Source: Lama glama (Eukaryota). Taken from it: 64,000 nucleotides of DNA. The stretch covers positions 5,086,001-5,150,000 of the forward strand of contig CM052817.1 of NCBI GenBank assembly GCA_028534125.1, given 5' to 3'. Below are positions 1-13,200 of the stretch, piece by piece (position 1 is the first letter of the stretch; each line of letters begins with the position of its first letter). The notes beneath the pieces are model-generated. The model ran no database searches, had not been told where the DNA came from, and was given only the letters and a program-made list of their open reading frames with translations. Made by a program: the position numbers and the translations under genes.

Positions 1-239
1 TCTTTAGTGCTCTAAGAGGAACCACAGAGTTTGGAAGATGAGGAGAGAAGTTGCCTACTCCTTCTGTAGGAACTGATCCTACAGAAATAATCCCAAAGAA
101 GGACTCTGGAGCCAAAGACAGCTGGGTCAGCCCTGCGCTCTGCCTGTCACCAAGCCTGTGCATTAGGCGCGTCTCAGAGCCTTTTCTTGGTCTGTGAAGT
201 GGACCTCAGTGCTACCTGGCTTGGGATCCTTGTGAACTC

Positions 240-1040
240 ACAGTGGTCAGAATGGCCATTGCTAAAAAGTCAACAAATGATAAATGCTGGAGAGGGTGTG
301 GAGAAAAGGGAGCCCTTCTACACTGCTGGTGGGGATGTAGTTTGATGCAGACACTATGGAAAGCAGTATGGAGATTCCTCAAAAGACTGAAAATAGACTT
401 ACCCTATGATCCAGCAATCCCACTCCTGGGCATATATCCAGAGTTAACTCTAATTCAGAAAGATACATGCACCCCAATGTTCACAGCAGCACTATTTACC
501 AATAGCCAAGACATGGAACCAACCTAAATGTCCATCAACAGATGATTGGATAAAGAAGTTGTGAAATATTTGAATGGAATATTACTCAGACATAAAAATA
601 AATGAAATTATGAAATACTGCCATTTGCAGCAATCTGGATGGTCCTAGAGATTATCATACTAAGTGAAAGAAGTCATACTGAGAAAGACAAATACCATAT
701 GATATCACTTATATGTAGAATCTTAAAAAAATGACACAAATGAACTTATTTACAGAGCATAAATAGACCCACAGACATAGAAAACAGACCGATGGTTACC
801 AAAGGGGAAAGAGGTAGGGGAGGGATAAATTAGGAGTTTGGGATTTGCAGATACAAAATACTATACATAAAATAGATAAACAATGATGTCCTACTGTGTA
901 GCACAGGGAAGACAGTCAATATCTTGTAATTACTTAAAATGAAAAAGAATATATGTAAACGTATAGCTGAATCACTATGCTGTACACCAGGAACAAATAC
1001 AACATTGTAAATCAACTATATGTCAATTAAAAGAAAAAGA
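240..1040 (+). mobile_element. 5'-truncated LINE-1 (ORF2 C-terminus + 3' UTR)
   Basis: ORF 243-527 ([22 protein letters not shown]...HCWW...[14 protein letters not shown]...CTPMFTAALFT) is the L1 ORF2 C-terminal region. It is frameshifted near 500 and has an A-rich tail. Confidence 0.9.
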
Positions 1041-1513
1041 ACCTTGAAGTTCAGAAGGAAGCTATCACACATGCGAGGTACCAAGTACAACTCCAGCACA
1101 CAGGAGGTTCAGAAACGACCTACGGCTTGTGATAATAGAGAGAGAGGTATAGCTGTGCAAAATGTCTGCATCTCGTGTAAATGGTGATTGGAAGCAAAAT
1201 AAAAAGCCAAGTGTTTTAAGTGTATCTGATGCAATTATAAGCAATTTTAAAATTATTTTAATATTCCGTATAGCCCCTTTTGAGCTGTTGAGACATTCAG
1301 GAACCTCTGATGATACCCGTAGTGAGAACAACAAAACAATCACCCACACTGATGGAGTTCTTGCCAATAACAGTAGGAGCAACAATCCTACCGTCCTATG
1401 AAGAGTGTTATTAACATTGTATGTTAATATAGAATATTTAATTATTAATATTATAACTAACAATTGTATTATTACTATCACACTAACTGTGACTAGTATG
1501 ATAATATATGATC

Positions 1514-1687
1514 GGGGGGAGGGTAGAGCTCAGTGGTAGAGTGTGTGCTTAGCATGCAAGAGGTCCTGGGTTCGATCCCCAGCACCTCCACTAAATACAT
1601 ACATAAATAAACCTAATTACCGCCTCCTGAAAAAGAAAAATAAATTTAAAAAATGGTCAGCATTAGAAAAGAAATAAAAGGAATCTT
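1514..1687 (+). mobile_element. tRNA-derived SINE (Vic-1-like, camelid)
   Basis: A box (agctcagtggtagag), B box (ggttcgatcccc) and an aaacctaattac tail. TSD ataatatatgat at 1501-1512 and 1688-1699. Confidence 0.85.
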
Positions 1688-1729
1688 ATAATATATGATG
1701 ATAGTATAATTGGGATTATAATATTGGTA

Positions 1730-1990
1730 TATCAGTAATCCCCACCGATAGAGCACTTACTGTATACCCAACACTCTTCTGAGTGCATGTACCACTCACC
1801 TCACTTAATCTTCACAGAGGGAAAAAGGAAATATAAGAAATAGATAGTATTTTTGTCCCTATGTTTAAGATGAGGAAATTAAGGCATAGGGAGATGAAAC
1901 ACCTTGTCTGAGAGTACACCGGTGAAGGTGGGACTTGAACCCAGGCAGTCTGTTTCCACATCCACATTCTGAACCACCTCGGGCTGGGTG
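1730..1990 (-). mobile_element. MIR SINE
   Basis: MIR core-like gatgaggaaattaaggcataggg...ggacttgaacccaggcagtctg. Confidence 0.65.
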
Positions 1991-2544
1991 CTGGGCCCCC
2001 AGCCTGGAGGGACTGCTGACTGCCCTCTTGTGTGTCCACCGGACTCCGTGGTTTACATGCAAAGGAATGAACGCAGATGTGTTTGGTCCAATGGAGCAGT
2101 CAAGCTTTTGTTACTGAGATAAATTTCATCACTGACAGAAAGGGTCAATGTAGCTTAATAGTTTTTACAATAAATATTTAGTCAACATAAAATGATAAGC
2201 AGATGTTATTGTCATTTGATTTAATGCTTCCAGTCACATTCCTTCAGTATCACCCTTCTCCCCAGGTCTAACGGACTCTGTATGGAGAACCAGGAGATAG
2301 AAGCTGACTAGACAGAAGAACAACTCTTATCCTAAAAGGAAAATGGGAGAAGTGGTCAGAAAGATGTACAGAGTGGGGATATTGGCAAGTCTTCACCCAG
2401 AATGAACCTTGGAGTAAGCTGATCTGGGTTCACAACCTGGCTCTACCACCAATGGGCCTGTGACAATAAGCAAGTTACTTCAATGACTGTATTAATTTCT
2501 GAGGGCCACCATGACAAAGTCCATCAGAATTGGGGGAGGGCTTA

Positions 2545-3045
2545 TGGATTAAAGAAGTTGTGGTAAACGTATACAATGGAATATCACTCAGCCATAAAAG
2601 AAAATAAAATAATGCCATTTGCAGCAACGTGGATGGACCTAGAGATTATCATACTAAGTGAAATAAGGCAGACAGGGAAAGAGAAATATCATATGATTTC
2701 ACTTATATATGAAATCTAAAAAAAATGACACAAATGAACTTATTTACAAAACAGAAACAGACTCATAGATATAGAAAACAAACTTCTGGTTACCAAAGGG
2801 GAAAGGGGCGGGGAGGGATAAACTAGGAGTTTGGGATTTGCAGATACAAACTACTGCATGTAAAATAGATAAATAACAAGGTCCCGCTGTATAGTACAGG
2901 GAACTATATCCAATAGTTTATAACAACCTATAATGAAGGAGAATATATATGCAATTGAATCACTTTGCTGTACACCAGAAACTAACACAGCATTGTAAAT
3001 CAACTATACGTCAATTTTAAAAATTAAATTAAATTAATATAAAAA
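2545..3045 (+). mobile_element. Truncated LINE-1 3' end inserted into an MLT1 LTR
   Basis: Same L1 3' sequence as the 240-1040 copy. Flanked by degenerate agaat(t)ggggg...ctta repeats. MLT1-like sequence at ~2487-2545 continues at ~3046-3385. Confidence 0.85.
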
Positions 3046-3385
3046 AGAATGGGGGCCTTAAACAACAGAACTTAATTGTCACACAGTTCTGGATGCCAGA
3101 AGTCTGAGATCAAGAAGCCAGCAGTGACTGGGGGCTGTGAGGGAAGATCTGTTCCAGGCCTCTGTCCTTGGCCATCCTCCCACTGGGCATCTTCACATTA
3201 TCACCCCTCTGTGCCTGTCTCTGTGTCCAGATGTCCCCTTTTTATAAAGGCCCCCAGTCGTATTGTGTTGGGGCTACCCTAATAACCCCGTCTTAGCTTG
3301 ATCACCTCTGTGAAGACCTCACATTCTGAGGCACTAGGGCTTAGGACTTCAACGTGTGAATTTGTAGGGGGACACTACTCAGCCC
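3046..3385 (-). mobile_element. MLT1 (ERVL-MaLR) solo LTR, right portion
   Basis: Typical cttaaacaacagaa...cacagttctgga...cagaagtctgagatcaag and ttaggacttcaac motifs. Confidence 0.7.
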
Positions 3386-4614
3386 GAGGCTCTTGGGCTG
3401 TCTGATGAGATTCTTGCATGACTTCTTCCTTCCACTTGTTTGATTGTTGAAAACTCCCTTTGGCCCCTCCCCAGACTTCATCTTTCTCACTAGTCAACCA
3501 ACTTTTCTTCATCTCCCATCCTGTCCCATGCTGGGCAGAAGTGAGATGCCCCAGAGGGCGCCTTCATTTTGGAGGGGACCTCAGGCTTTAAACAGATGCT
3601 CTGATGGTAGAAAGATCTGGATGAGGTGGGAGTCCGGGGAACCATTCTTTTGAGGGAAGAAACAGGACTCCCCATAAGAGGAGCCCCCTTGAGTCTGGAA
3701 TAGGGACGAGTTGTCCCTAGGGAGAGGGGAGGAGGGGTGACGGGGGCGTTCCGAGCAGAGTGAATGGAGAGCAGCCTGCTGGGCCCCCGAGAACCGGGAT
3801 TCTGCCTCCAGGTCCTCCTGATGCAGGACCACCAGCAAGGCGCGCCCAACTGTCATCCAGCTTTTAAAACTTCCAGCCCCCACCCCGCCCTGGGGGGTCC
3901 AGCCCTGGCCTCGGCTGCCTTTGGTGTCTCTTGCTCCCCTGCACGGCCCCTGCTGGGCTCCAGGAAAGCGAGATGCTGTCCCAGGCTTCCAGATGCGTGA
4001 TGACCAAGGTTTTTAGAGCATGGAACTCCGGCCCTACAGTAGGTGGTTGAGTTTTTGTGCAGAGTAGTGCAGAAGTGAGAGTGTGTGTGTGTGTGATTGC
4101 TTTTGTTCAGAGGAAATCAGGCTCTTCCAAGATCTTCAGTGTCTGGGAATCTGTGGCCCAGTCTTCACCGCTCACCTCTCTGAGCCTTGTGTTCTCCATC
4201 TGCAAAACTGGGGAAGTAAGACCTAAAACCTAATTAACAGAGTTAATAATACATGTAAAGTGCTCAAAGTGCACCTTGAATGTTCAAGTAACACTCACTG
4301 ACAATTTTTAGTTTGGGTGTCATTACTGTATAGATTTGTCATTACAACAAAATGAGCTCCTGTGTACAAGCGCCCCCCACGAGGCCTGGCCTGTGGCAGG
4401 TGTCCACTTAGCGACAGATGATAATTTTGGGAAGAAAGTCAGGATGCTCAGGTTCAAAACTCGGGGGTGATGTCCCTGGACAGAGTTAAAGCAGCCAGGG
4501 CTCCCTTTCATTGGCTTCAAGGTCAGAAGGTACAAGGTCAGAAACGGTGAGAGGATCAACCAGTATGCGCCAGGTGCCTTCTGTCTGCGATGCTCAAAAT
4601 CTCAGATCACACGG

Positions 4615-4912
4615 GCTCACAGCACAGAAGACAAGCTTATGTTACCAGAGGGGAGAAGAGTAGGGAGGGATAAATTGGGAGTTTGCGATTTGCAGATATT
4701 AACTACTATATGCAAAACAGATAAACAAAAATTTCTTCTGCACAGCACAGGGAACTACACTCAATATGTGGTAGTAACCTATAATGAAAAAGAATATGAA
4801 AATGAATATGTGTATGTATATGTGTGACTGAAACATTATGCTGTACACCAGAAATTGACACAACATTGTTAACTGACTATACTTAAATAAAAATAAATGA
4901 ATAAATAAATAA
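4615..4912 (+). mobile_element. Truncated LINE-1 3' end
   Basis: L1 3' UTR motifs (gggaggga taaattgggagtttg...gctgtacaccagaaattgacacaacattg) and an (AAAT)n tail. Confidence 0.85.
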
Positions 4913-6823
4913 TTCTAGATTATGGAATTCAGTCTCCACAAATGAGTGGATGACTTCATATTTAACAGTGAATTAAACCAGGTGCCTTAAGTTGTGCTAA
5001 GATACACGGATGAGTTGTTCACCTATGAGTTAAATTCCATCTCCACTATTATTGTCCCCATTTTCAAGAGGAGGAAACTGAGGCACAGAGAGGTTCAGTG
5101 AGTTGCCCGAGATCCGATAGCAGCGAATGGGGAAGCTGGGTGCCCCCCGCGGTGCTCCAGCCCAGAGCCCCCTCTCTTAGGATGCAGAGCTGGCCATTAG
5201 GAGGAATCAGTTCAACCCAGCCGTTCACTCCAGGAAGCAAAGCGGGGCAGCTGTCTGGACCATCTGAAGGCACAGAGCACTTGAGACAGAAGTGCAAATC
5301 CTCCCTGAGCAGCCCAGAACCTGCCAAAACAGCCTGTCACGGGCTGATTCCCTCGCACACGCGGTCAACCAGCCTGAAACAACCATCGCAAATCCGTTTC
5401 CTGTTTTGACAGCTCTGCCGTCCACCGTGTCTCTGCTCTGAAACAGGCCCCTCCTGCTGCTTCTGGAGGGCTGCCGGGCTTCTAGTAAGGATCCTGGGGT
5501 GGGGGAGTCAATCCCATGGAAAGTGGCACAAATGGATGGTTTAAAGGGCTGACGTTTAAATGTGTTAAGTGTTCACAGCCTTCAGCCTTCAACTCCTCAG
5601 TGTCACCCAGCGAGGCCGAGGGCAGTCGTGGGCACTGGTGGTAGCCTGGTCCGTCACCGTAAGAAGCTGTCAGTACCCCACGTGAACCACCCCGCCCCTG
5701 ACCCGGCTTGGCTGAGAATGTGAGAGAGAGAGACACAGAGACAGAGAGACCTTTCCAGCAAATTCAAATTCTGCCACTCACTAGCTGAGTGGCCCTAAAA
5801 GTCATTCACATTTTTGGAACTCGGTCTTCTCATCTGGTAAATGAGGGACTTGGATGACATCAGTGTTTTCAAACCCAGAGGAATCCTGGAAATTTCTGGA
5901 CGTGCTTGGCCAAGTTTAAAATCCTGAGCTTGAGAAAAAGAGAATGCCATCCCAGAGTTCTATTCCAGGCAGCACCGTGATGGCTGTGAGCCTGCCCTGA
6001 GCCCTGCTGAGAATGAGACGTTGTCCGGCGGGCTGGGGAACGGATGGAGATCAGATCTATTTCTCCCACGTTTTGCCTCCTGCCAAACTACTATTACCTC
6101 AGTATCTTCTTCCACCCCATTCACTGATAGAGTAATTAAGTAGCAAGTATTTAATGTCAGTGTGGGCTGAGGGAAAATGCAGAACCAGCCCAAGCTGGCC
6201 CCTGAGTTCAGATCCCGCAATCTCTCTGTGCTCCGAGCCCCAGATGCAAATCGTGGATGCTAACGGGTAGCAAGAACTGGAGAACCTGATGCATGTGGCA
6301 TTGCCGGCACATCTATGGTCCTCCATAAAATGCAGATTTCTCTTTCTTAAGATAATTAAGGCTTAAGGCTTGACCATGCCATGAAGAATAAAAATAAGGA
6401 TTTTAGCTCCAAGAATTGTTTTACTTGGCTGCAGCAAAAAGACAAGTTCTAACTGTCGCTTTACACGTCTGCTGGGGACAGTAGAAGACTTCCTCAATGT
6501 GTCTGTGGAGGTGAGCAGCTACTCTTCAAAGCAGGTGAGACCAGCTCCCAGGGGGCTCCCTCACCTGAAGATTTTTCTAGAGTTCCTCTTTGGAAACTAA
6601 TTTCAGAGCCAGAGAAATGTTTTTAGAATACACGATCATTGTTGGTGATCGGCTCATTCCTTCAGCACACGATGGCTTGGAGCAGGAGCTTTGTCTCGGT
6701 GTGGGAGGCACCAGGACACGTGGTCACGAGTGTGAAAGTTCATCATCGATGCTGCTGTTTTCAGTATTTTTGATAATGGTATCCCTGTTCCAAAGCATTC
6801 GGTAACCTGGTTTGATTATTTTT

Positions 6824-7142
6824 TTTTTTTACTGAAGTATTTTTGATTCACAATTCTGTGTTAGTTTCTGGGATGTAGAATCTAAAAAACATGATTCAAA
6901 TGAACTTATTTACAACACAGAAGGAGACCCACAGACATAGAAAACAAACTTGTGGTTACCAAAGGGGAAAGGAGAGGGGAGGGATAAATTAGGAGTTTGG
7001 AATGAGCAGATACAAGCTACAATATATAAAATAGAGCAACAACAAGGTCCTGCTGTATAGCACAGGGAACTACATTCAATTTCTTGTAATAACGTATCGT
7101 GAAAAAGAATATGACAAAGTATATATATGTATATATATAGAA
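6824..7142 (-). mobile_element. 5'-inverted LINE-1 (twin-primed) with TSD
   Basis: Minus-strand L1 tail 6824-6872 joined to an inverted segment 6873-7142. TSD ctggtttgattattttt at 6807-6823 and 7143-7159. Confidence 0.85.
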
Positions 7143-7402
7143 CTGGTTTGATTATTTTTAAGGCCAACATTTATTTAGAGCTAAATATACCAGCTCAGAA
7201 AACATTAAATGGGGCACTAATAAGAATGTCTTCATCCTGCTCTCTCATTGCTTTTCATAAAATCACATATTTTATCCTCATGGCACCCCTGTGAAAAGGG
7301 GATGATTGCTCCTATGATACGGATGCAAAAAATGAGGTTCAGAGAGGGCACAGGTCTTATCTGAGGTCACACAGCTGAGCTACCATTAAAATCCAGATTC
7401 CC

Positions 7403-7535
7403 TGAAATACAGCCAGTATTTCATAATAACCATGAATGGAGTCTGCCCTTTAAAACTGTGAATCACTATGTTGTACTCCAGAAACTTATATAATATTGTC
7501 AATCAACTATACATCAATTAAAAAAAAAGAAAAAG
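7403..7535 (+). mobile_element. Short LINE-1 3' end with TSD
   Basis: L1 tail gaatcactatgttgtactccagaaac...poly(A). TSD aaatc(c/t)agattccc at ~7389 and 7536. Confidence 0.75.
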
Positions 7536-7589
7536 AAATCTAGATTCCCAGGGCAAGTCAGTAAGAGTGACACAGCAGCACTAGACCTG

Positions 7590-8020
7590 TCCTCTCATCA
7601 GTGTGGGAGATTTCATTCCTCACCCTCCCCGTATCCACAGCCTTCATCCAGTTATTTCTCAGTTTTTTGCTCTCCAAGAAAGAATACTTCCCACCCTTTG
7701 ACCTTGGGTTCAGCCATGTGACTTGTGTTGGCTGATAGAAAGTTAGCAGGTGTGACCTGACCAATGGCATGATTGGGCTTCCATGCTGTTGCCAGGAGAG
7801 TAGGCCTGGGTTCAGGTACTGGACCCTGGAGGAGATTGAAAGGCATGTGGACCAGAACCTCATCACCCAGATGATCCTTGCTGAGATCAACCGGCTAGCA
7901 GACACATGACAGAGCACAGCCAAAATCAGCCAAACTCCAGGTGATCTGTGAACTAAATAAATGCTTACTGCTGTGTGCAGATGAGATTCTGGGCTTGCTT
8001 GTTATGCAGCATTATTGTGG
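7590..8020 (+). mobile_element. Old MLT1-type LTR
   Basis: gccatgtgacttgtgttggc...aataaatgcttactgctgt...gagattctgggcttgcttgttatgcagcattattgtgg pattern. Confidence 0.6.
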
Positions 8021-9652
8021 GTAGCTTATCCATCATCTTCTCCTGTTCCTAGACCACAATGGCAGCTATAGTGCAACACAGTTCCCCTCACTATATGAAG
8101 TACATCAAGGACCTACCCAGTGGCTCAGATACAGGATAAATGCAGCAGACCTTCTTAGAGCATCATCTTACTGGATACAACACTCAATGCATTGCTTCTA
8201 TGTTTAAAAAAAAACTCCATTATAATATACCATGAGATGCAAAGTTTATATAAATTAAGATAAAATATTAGACTTAAATTACATTTTCCTTGTTAGAGGG
8301 AACCACTATAAACTTCCCTCTAGAACGCCCCAGACAACCTCTCTCTAATAGGAATACTTTTGTGGGAAAATGAAGCATTGATCTAATGGGAATTTGGACC
8401 AAGAAGCACAGGGAGAAAGTTCTGGTGTTTTCCAGGGTATGCCCTTAGGCAAGTTACTAGCTTCCAGGAGCCTCATTTATTAAATGGGCCCAGGTTCCCA
8501 CCCAGGAGTGTGAGGAGAATCAGACAGCATGAGGGGCTTCAGGTTGCAAGTATAAGGTAATGGATGATTCTTCAGGCCTAATACATGAATAGCAATAACA
8601 GCAAGATTCTGTTGGCAGCAACACATCTTTCCACCTTCCTCTAGCAGTTGCTCTGCTTGGGAGCTGAAAGCAGTCAGATCCTCCTCTTGGAATTCAAGGG
8701 AGGCACACACAGCTCAGGGGGGACCTCTGAAATCACGGCGTGCTCGTGCCAAGACCCTAATGAGGGCCTTTCACACTGGCGCTTCTATTATTTGACATCC
8801 AGGAGTGTTTGCAGATGCCAGCAGGGGTTGGCTCACTGTCCAGAACCTTCAGGCTGACACGGTCTCTTCCCTGCAAATAAGCGAAGCCTTGAAATACTGC
8901 GTTTTTATTTGTGCCATGGGCTTTCTTAAAAATAACACTCTCTCTGCTGTGGTCTGTGTTCTGTGCTTTAATGCTCTCGTCCTCAGCAGGAGAGCAGGGT
9001 GAGTGGAAGGATTTGCAGGCCGCGGATCATGAGGGGATTCTCAGGGGTCTCTAGACCTGCGGTGTCTAAGCCTTCTGGGTTGAGACGTTAGAGAACCCAG
9101 TTGCCCAGCTGAGAAACCCAAGGCTCATCCTTGGCCTCTACCTGTCCGCCCCACTTCTACCGGGAAGCTCACCCAACCCCATGGACTGTAGCTCAGAATC
9201 TCCCTCAGGTGGGCCCCGCCTCCCTGTCCTGCAGCCCCACCCATGTCCAGACCCATTGCCTCTGCGCCAGGTGTGTAGCCACACCCCTCTCCCCACCCCT
9301 CGTCTGCTCTACAAGAGATCCCTCTTGCTGAAACTAATTCTGATGGCATCTTCAGTGATTTCCCATTGCCAATGGTAGAGGTTCAGCTTCCTTAGTTTAG
9401 AATACAAAGACCTTTCCAACCTGGCTCCAGCTCTCCTATTCAGCCTCGTCACTGCCCCTCCCTCCCTGGCATAAGACACTTGAGCTGTGCCAATTCCACC
9501 ACAAGTCCCATCCTACCATGTCTTCTCCTGCGTCTGCTGGCCTCCCTTTCTCTGTCTGGGAGACTTCCATCTGGCCAAGGATCCTAAGTCAAATATGAGT
9601 ACCTTGGTGAAGATTTTCATTCATCAGCAAAAGTTTACTAAGGCAATGGGGA

Positions 9653-10964
9653 CAGGGCCAGCCTCACAGATGTGGGATCTGGGCAATTTGATGGACCTCA
9701 CACCCAGAAGGACCCCAAGCTTGGTTTAATGCTCTGCTATCACCATCTTGAAATTCTTAATGATTTTGTCTTTGAGCTTGTGTTTCATAAGTGGAGTCCA
9801 ATGGGGCCGTAGAGAGTGCCTGTGAGCAAAGGAGACACACGCCACGTGGGTGTCTGCCGTTCCCTGCCATGCCATCCACATATAGCATTCCCGGGGCCCC
9901 AGGAGCACAGAATTCCCATGGAGCTGCAATGCTGGAGTTCAGCGATTCTCAAAGCAAGTTCAAGGTAAATGTTACATCTATGACTGAGTAGAAGGGGCTC
10001 CGATAGCCTCCAGAGGCCACACTTTTCGTTACAACCAGAACTAGCGTCAAATGCAGAAAGAAGACCATGACGTTATAAGAAACACCAATGACCGAGGAAT
10101 CCTATCCGATCCCCTCCATCTTCTGTCTTCCCTGTATGAGCCAATCTCACTCTGAGAACAATGACACAGAAGGAAAGGAAAGATCAAGTGACCCATCGTT
10201 TCTTTACCTTTCCGTCCTTCCCCACTCATCTGTGAGCTGAGGACTGAGTGTGCTGCTGGAGTGTGTGCACATCAAGAAGTGAAATGACACAAATAAATTC
10301 ATTTACAAAACAGAAACAAACTCACAGACAGAGAAAACAAACTTACGGTTACCAGTGGTGAAGGAGGTGGGGAGGAATAAATTGGGAGTTCAAGATTTGC
10401 AGATACACACTACTATATATAAAAGATAAACAACAAGGTCCTGCTGTATGTCAAAGGGAACTACATTCAATACCCTGTAGTAGCCTATAATAAAAAAGAA
10501 TATGAAAAGGAATATATATATGTACAATTGAATCATTACAATGTACACCAGAAATTAACACCACGTTGTAAATTGACTATAGTTCATTTAAAAGGAAAAG
10601 GAAGTGAAGTGAGAACAGGCGAGTTACTTTTGTGCAGGTTCCCCTGTTTGGGTAAAACTGAACCACGTGTGCACATATGAGCTATGAACCTGTAATTCTG
10701 AGATTCTGCATCGGAGTTAAATGCTCAGAGATTTCCACTGAAAATTGGCATCACCCAAATTAAATAATAAAAGTCATGCTAATAATTTTTATTTTTATTT
10801 ACTTAGATTGCTATTAAATAGTAAATTTTTAAAAACATTATGAGAGTTCAAGAAAGAGGCCACAAAAGAAAAGAAGCTTTATATTTTCGTACCTTTGAGG
10901 GCATTTTTTTCCCTTTTTTTGAACAAGCGACCTCTCATTTGTATTTTGCATTCAGCAGGCCCTG
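9653..10964 (+). mobile_element. MER45-family (hAT-Tip100) DNA transposon interrupted by L1
   Basis: Starts cagggccagcctca...gcttggtttaatgctctgctatcaccatcttgaaattcttaatg and ends tttgaacaag...ttttgca...ggccctg (CAGGGCC terminal inverted repeats). Confidence 0.7.
10288..10598 (+). mobile_element. Truncated LINE-1 3' end nested in MER45
   Basis: L1 3' motifs. Degenerate TSD aagaagtgaaatga (10274) / aggaagtgaagtga (10599). Confidence 0.85.
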
Positions 10965-11329
10965 CCTGGGGCAACACATAAGACCAGGACGGGTCCCCTG
11001 CCCTCAGGGAGCCGAGGACCCAGAGTGAGGACAGATGTGATACAGATGTTTCAACCACAGACCTGGGGGTCACATCTCTGTGTCCACCCTTCCCAGCACC
11101 TGGGTCACTTCATGGTCACTGTTTACTGTCCTTCCACCCTCTAGACTGTGGGGCACATGCGCTGGTGCCCAGGATCCCTCAGTGAGTGTCTCTTGAATGA
11201 ACAGATGACCTTTGACTTGGTACCTTCTCTTTGTTCACATCATTAATTGACCCCCCTATCTCCATCCATTGGGGATATGGTACTTCTAGAGATGCCTGTT
11301 TTGAATTAAATCTTTCTAAAGTGCATGCA

Positions 11330-11372
11330 TGCACGCGTGCGTGCGCGCGCGCACCCACAAACACACACACAC
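11330..11372. repeat. Alternating purine-pyrimidine tract (GC/CA)
   Basis: gcacgcgtgcgtgcgcgcgcgcacccacaaacacacacacac. Confidence 0.7.
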
Positions 11373-11970
11373 TGCAATTGCTTTTTGTTAAGGCTGTGAG
11401 GACACACAGATTAACCAGAGGTGAGATGCTCCTGGGGCCCCAGGAGTTAAACAGGAGTCAGTGTCTTCTGTGGATCTCCGTTGTTGGACCGCATCCTAGA
11501 GATTCAAGGGCTCATTAAGTAGCTGAATCCCAGAACTTGGCAACATAAGGGTCAATATCCCCAACACCAGCCTTCGCCAGTGTCAACCTTCCCAGGTAGT
11601 CATGTTTCACTGCAGTTTCCTGTGGGTGTGTCTGCCTTGTGCAGTTCATTTGAATGAATGGGTTGATTGATGACTCATAGGTGAAAGAATCAAGGAAAGA
11701 GTATCAAGCGAGAGTAACTCAAGCACGGACCCCAAGACCCTCTCACCCTTGTTGCCTCGTGCTGACCTAGGGCTGGTAGCCAGACCAATCACATCAAGTG
11801 CCAGCTTTCGGAGGCTGTTGGGTGGGTGGGCAATTGCACATGCTTCAGAGCCAGATGGACAAGGGTTCAAATCCCAGCAGTCCTGCTACTTTCTGTGACT
11901 TTGGGTAAATCACTGATCCATTCAAAGACTACTCATATCTGAAAAATGGGGGGAAAATACCTTGTGGGAC

Positions 11971-12125
11971 TTTTTTTTCATTTGTTTTTTTTTAAACATT
12001 TTATTTTTTATTTTGGGGGGTGGTAATTGGGTTTATTTAGTTTTTTAATGGAGGTACAGGGGATTGAACCCAGGACCTCATGCATGCTAGGCATGTCCTC
12101 TACTACTGAGCTATACCCTCCCCCA
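11971..12125 (-). mobile_element. Vic-1-like SINE inserted in a MIR
   Basis: Reverse complement of the SINE head and tail. TSD ttgtggga at 11962 and 12128. MIR-like sequence at ~11840-11960. Confidence 0.85.
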
Positions 12126-12534
12126 CTTTGTGGGATTTTAAAGGACTATTTTATATAATGTATATTTCTGAATTGGCAATTCCTGGTGGTGATCATTATC
12201 CTGATTTTCCTCCATCCCCTCGATGCACACAGAAATCTTAAGGCAGCCACTATGGGAGGAAATAGCTTTCAAGGTCATGAGAGCTTTCATCTGTGCTACT
12301 TGGCCCCCAAGATGTTTTTCATGTACTAGCATGAGTGACTGACAGATGAGGGTGAACTACAGCAGAGGGCAGAAGGCAGGACAGGCATTTACTGAGCTGA
12401 ACTGAGTCCAGGTCCCTCCCCTGCTCTCTGTTTCCATTAAAGGCAAAGTTGCTCCCTACTTCCCAGGCCCCTTTATCGCCCTCCCCTCACTCCACTCTGT
12501 GCTCTCAGTTGCCATGTCCTGGTGGTTTGGGCTT

Positions 12535-12930
12535 CATGTATTCATTCACCAAACACTGGCTGAGTACCCACTGTGTGCCTGGCACCCTCCTGGCCACTGC
12601 GGGTCTCATGGGGAGAAAGCAAGGGGTCCCTGCCCTCGCAGAACTTAGAGTTGTGGAGGAAAACAGACCCTAAATAATGGCACCAAATACACATTTTATT
12701 GCATATTGTGGTCAGTGTTCCTGGCAGACAGGATGGAGTGAGGGTGGGGTGGTGGTGAGTACAAAACACTGTCAGGTGGGAGGAGAGAAGGCCCTTCTAA
12801 GAAAGGATTTAATTAGAGATAGAAGGAGCTGGCTAGGTAAAAAGACTTGACAACAAAGGAAATAGCACATGCAAAGGCCCTGAGGTAGGAAAGAGTTCTG
12901 TGGGTATGGCTGGACTATAGTGAGCATGGT
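12535..12930 (-). mobile_element. L2 LINE fragment
   Basis: cattcattcaccaaacactggctgagtacccactgtgtgcctggcac and gcacatgcaaaggccctgagg motifs. Confidence 0.65.
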
Positions 12931-12939
12931 AGAGATGGC

Positions 12940-13200
12940 ATAACAGTAGCTCACATTTACTGAGCGCTGACAGTGTGTCCGGCACTCTTCTAAGGGTTCC
13001 AGAGGAAGTGACTCATTTAATCCTCACAACAATCCCATGAGAGAGCTATTACTATTTTTATCATTATTTTGCAGATAAAGCTGAGACCCAGAGAGGTTAG
13101 GTGACCAGCCCACAGCCACCCAGATCATCAGTAATCAAGCCTGGATTCAGTCTCAGGCAGCCTTGCTCTAAAGCCCTGCCTGACGCACTGAGCTGCCTTC
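12940..13200 (-). mobile_element. MIR SINE
   Basis: catttactgagcgct...ctcatttaatcctcacaacaatcccatgag...ctgagacccagagaggttag. Confidence 0.75.

Noticed and set aside
1514..1590. Possible tRNA genes (also ~12050, ~19180, ~31650, ~43030)
   Set aside because: SINE heads with SINE-specific tails and TSDs and mutated stems; not functional tRNAs.
12357..12376. CTCF-like ACAGCAGAGGGCAG (also ~27440 and ~63972)
   Set aside because: Mismatches in the core and no supporting context; cannot be separated from chance without a PWM score.
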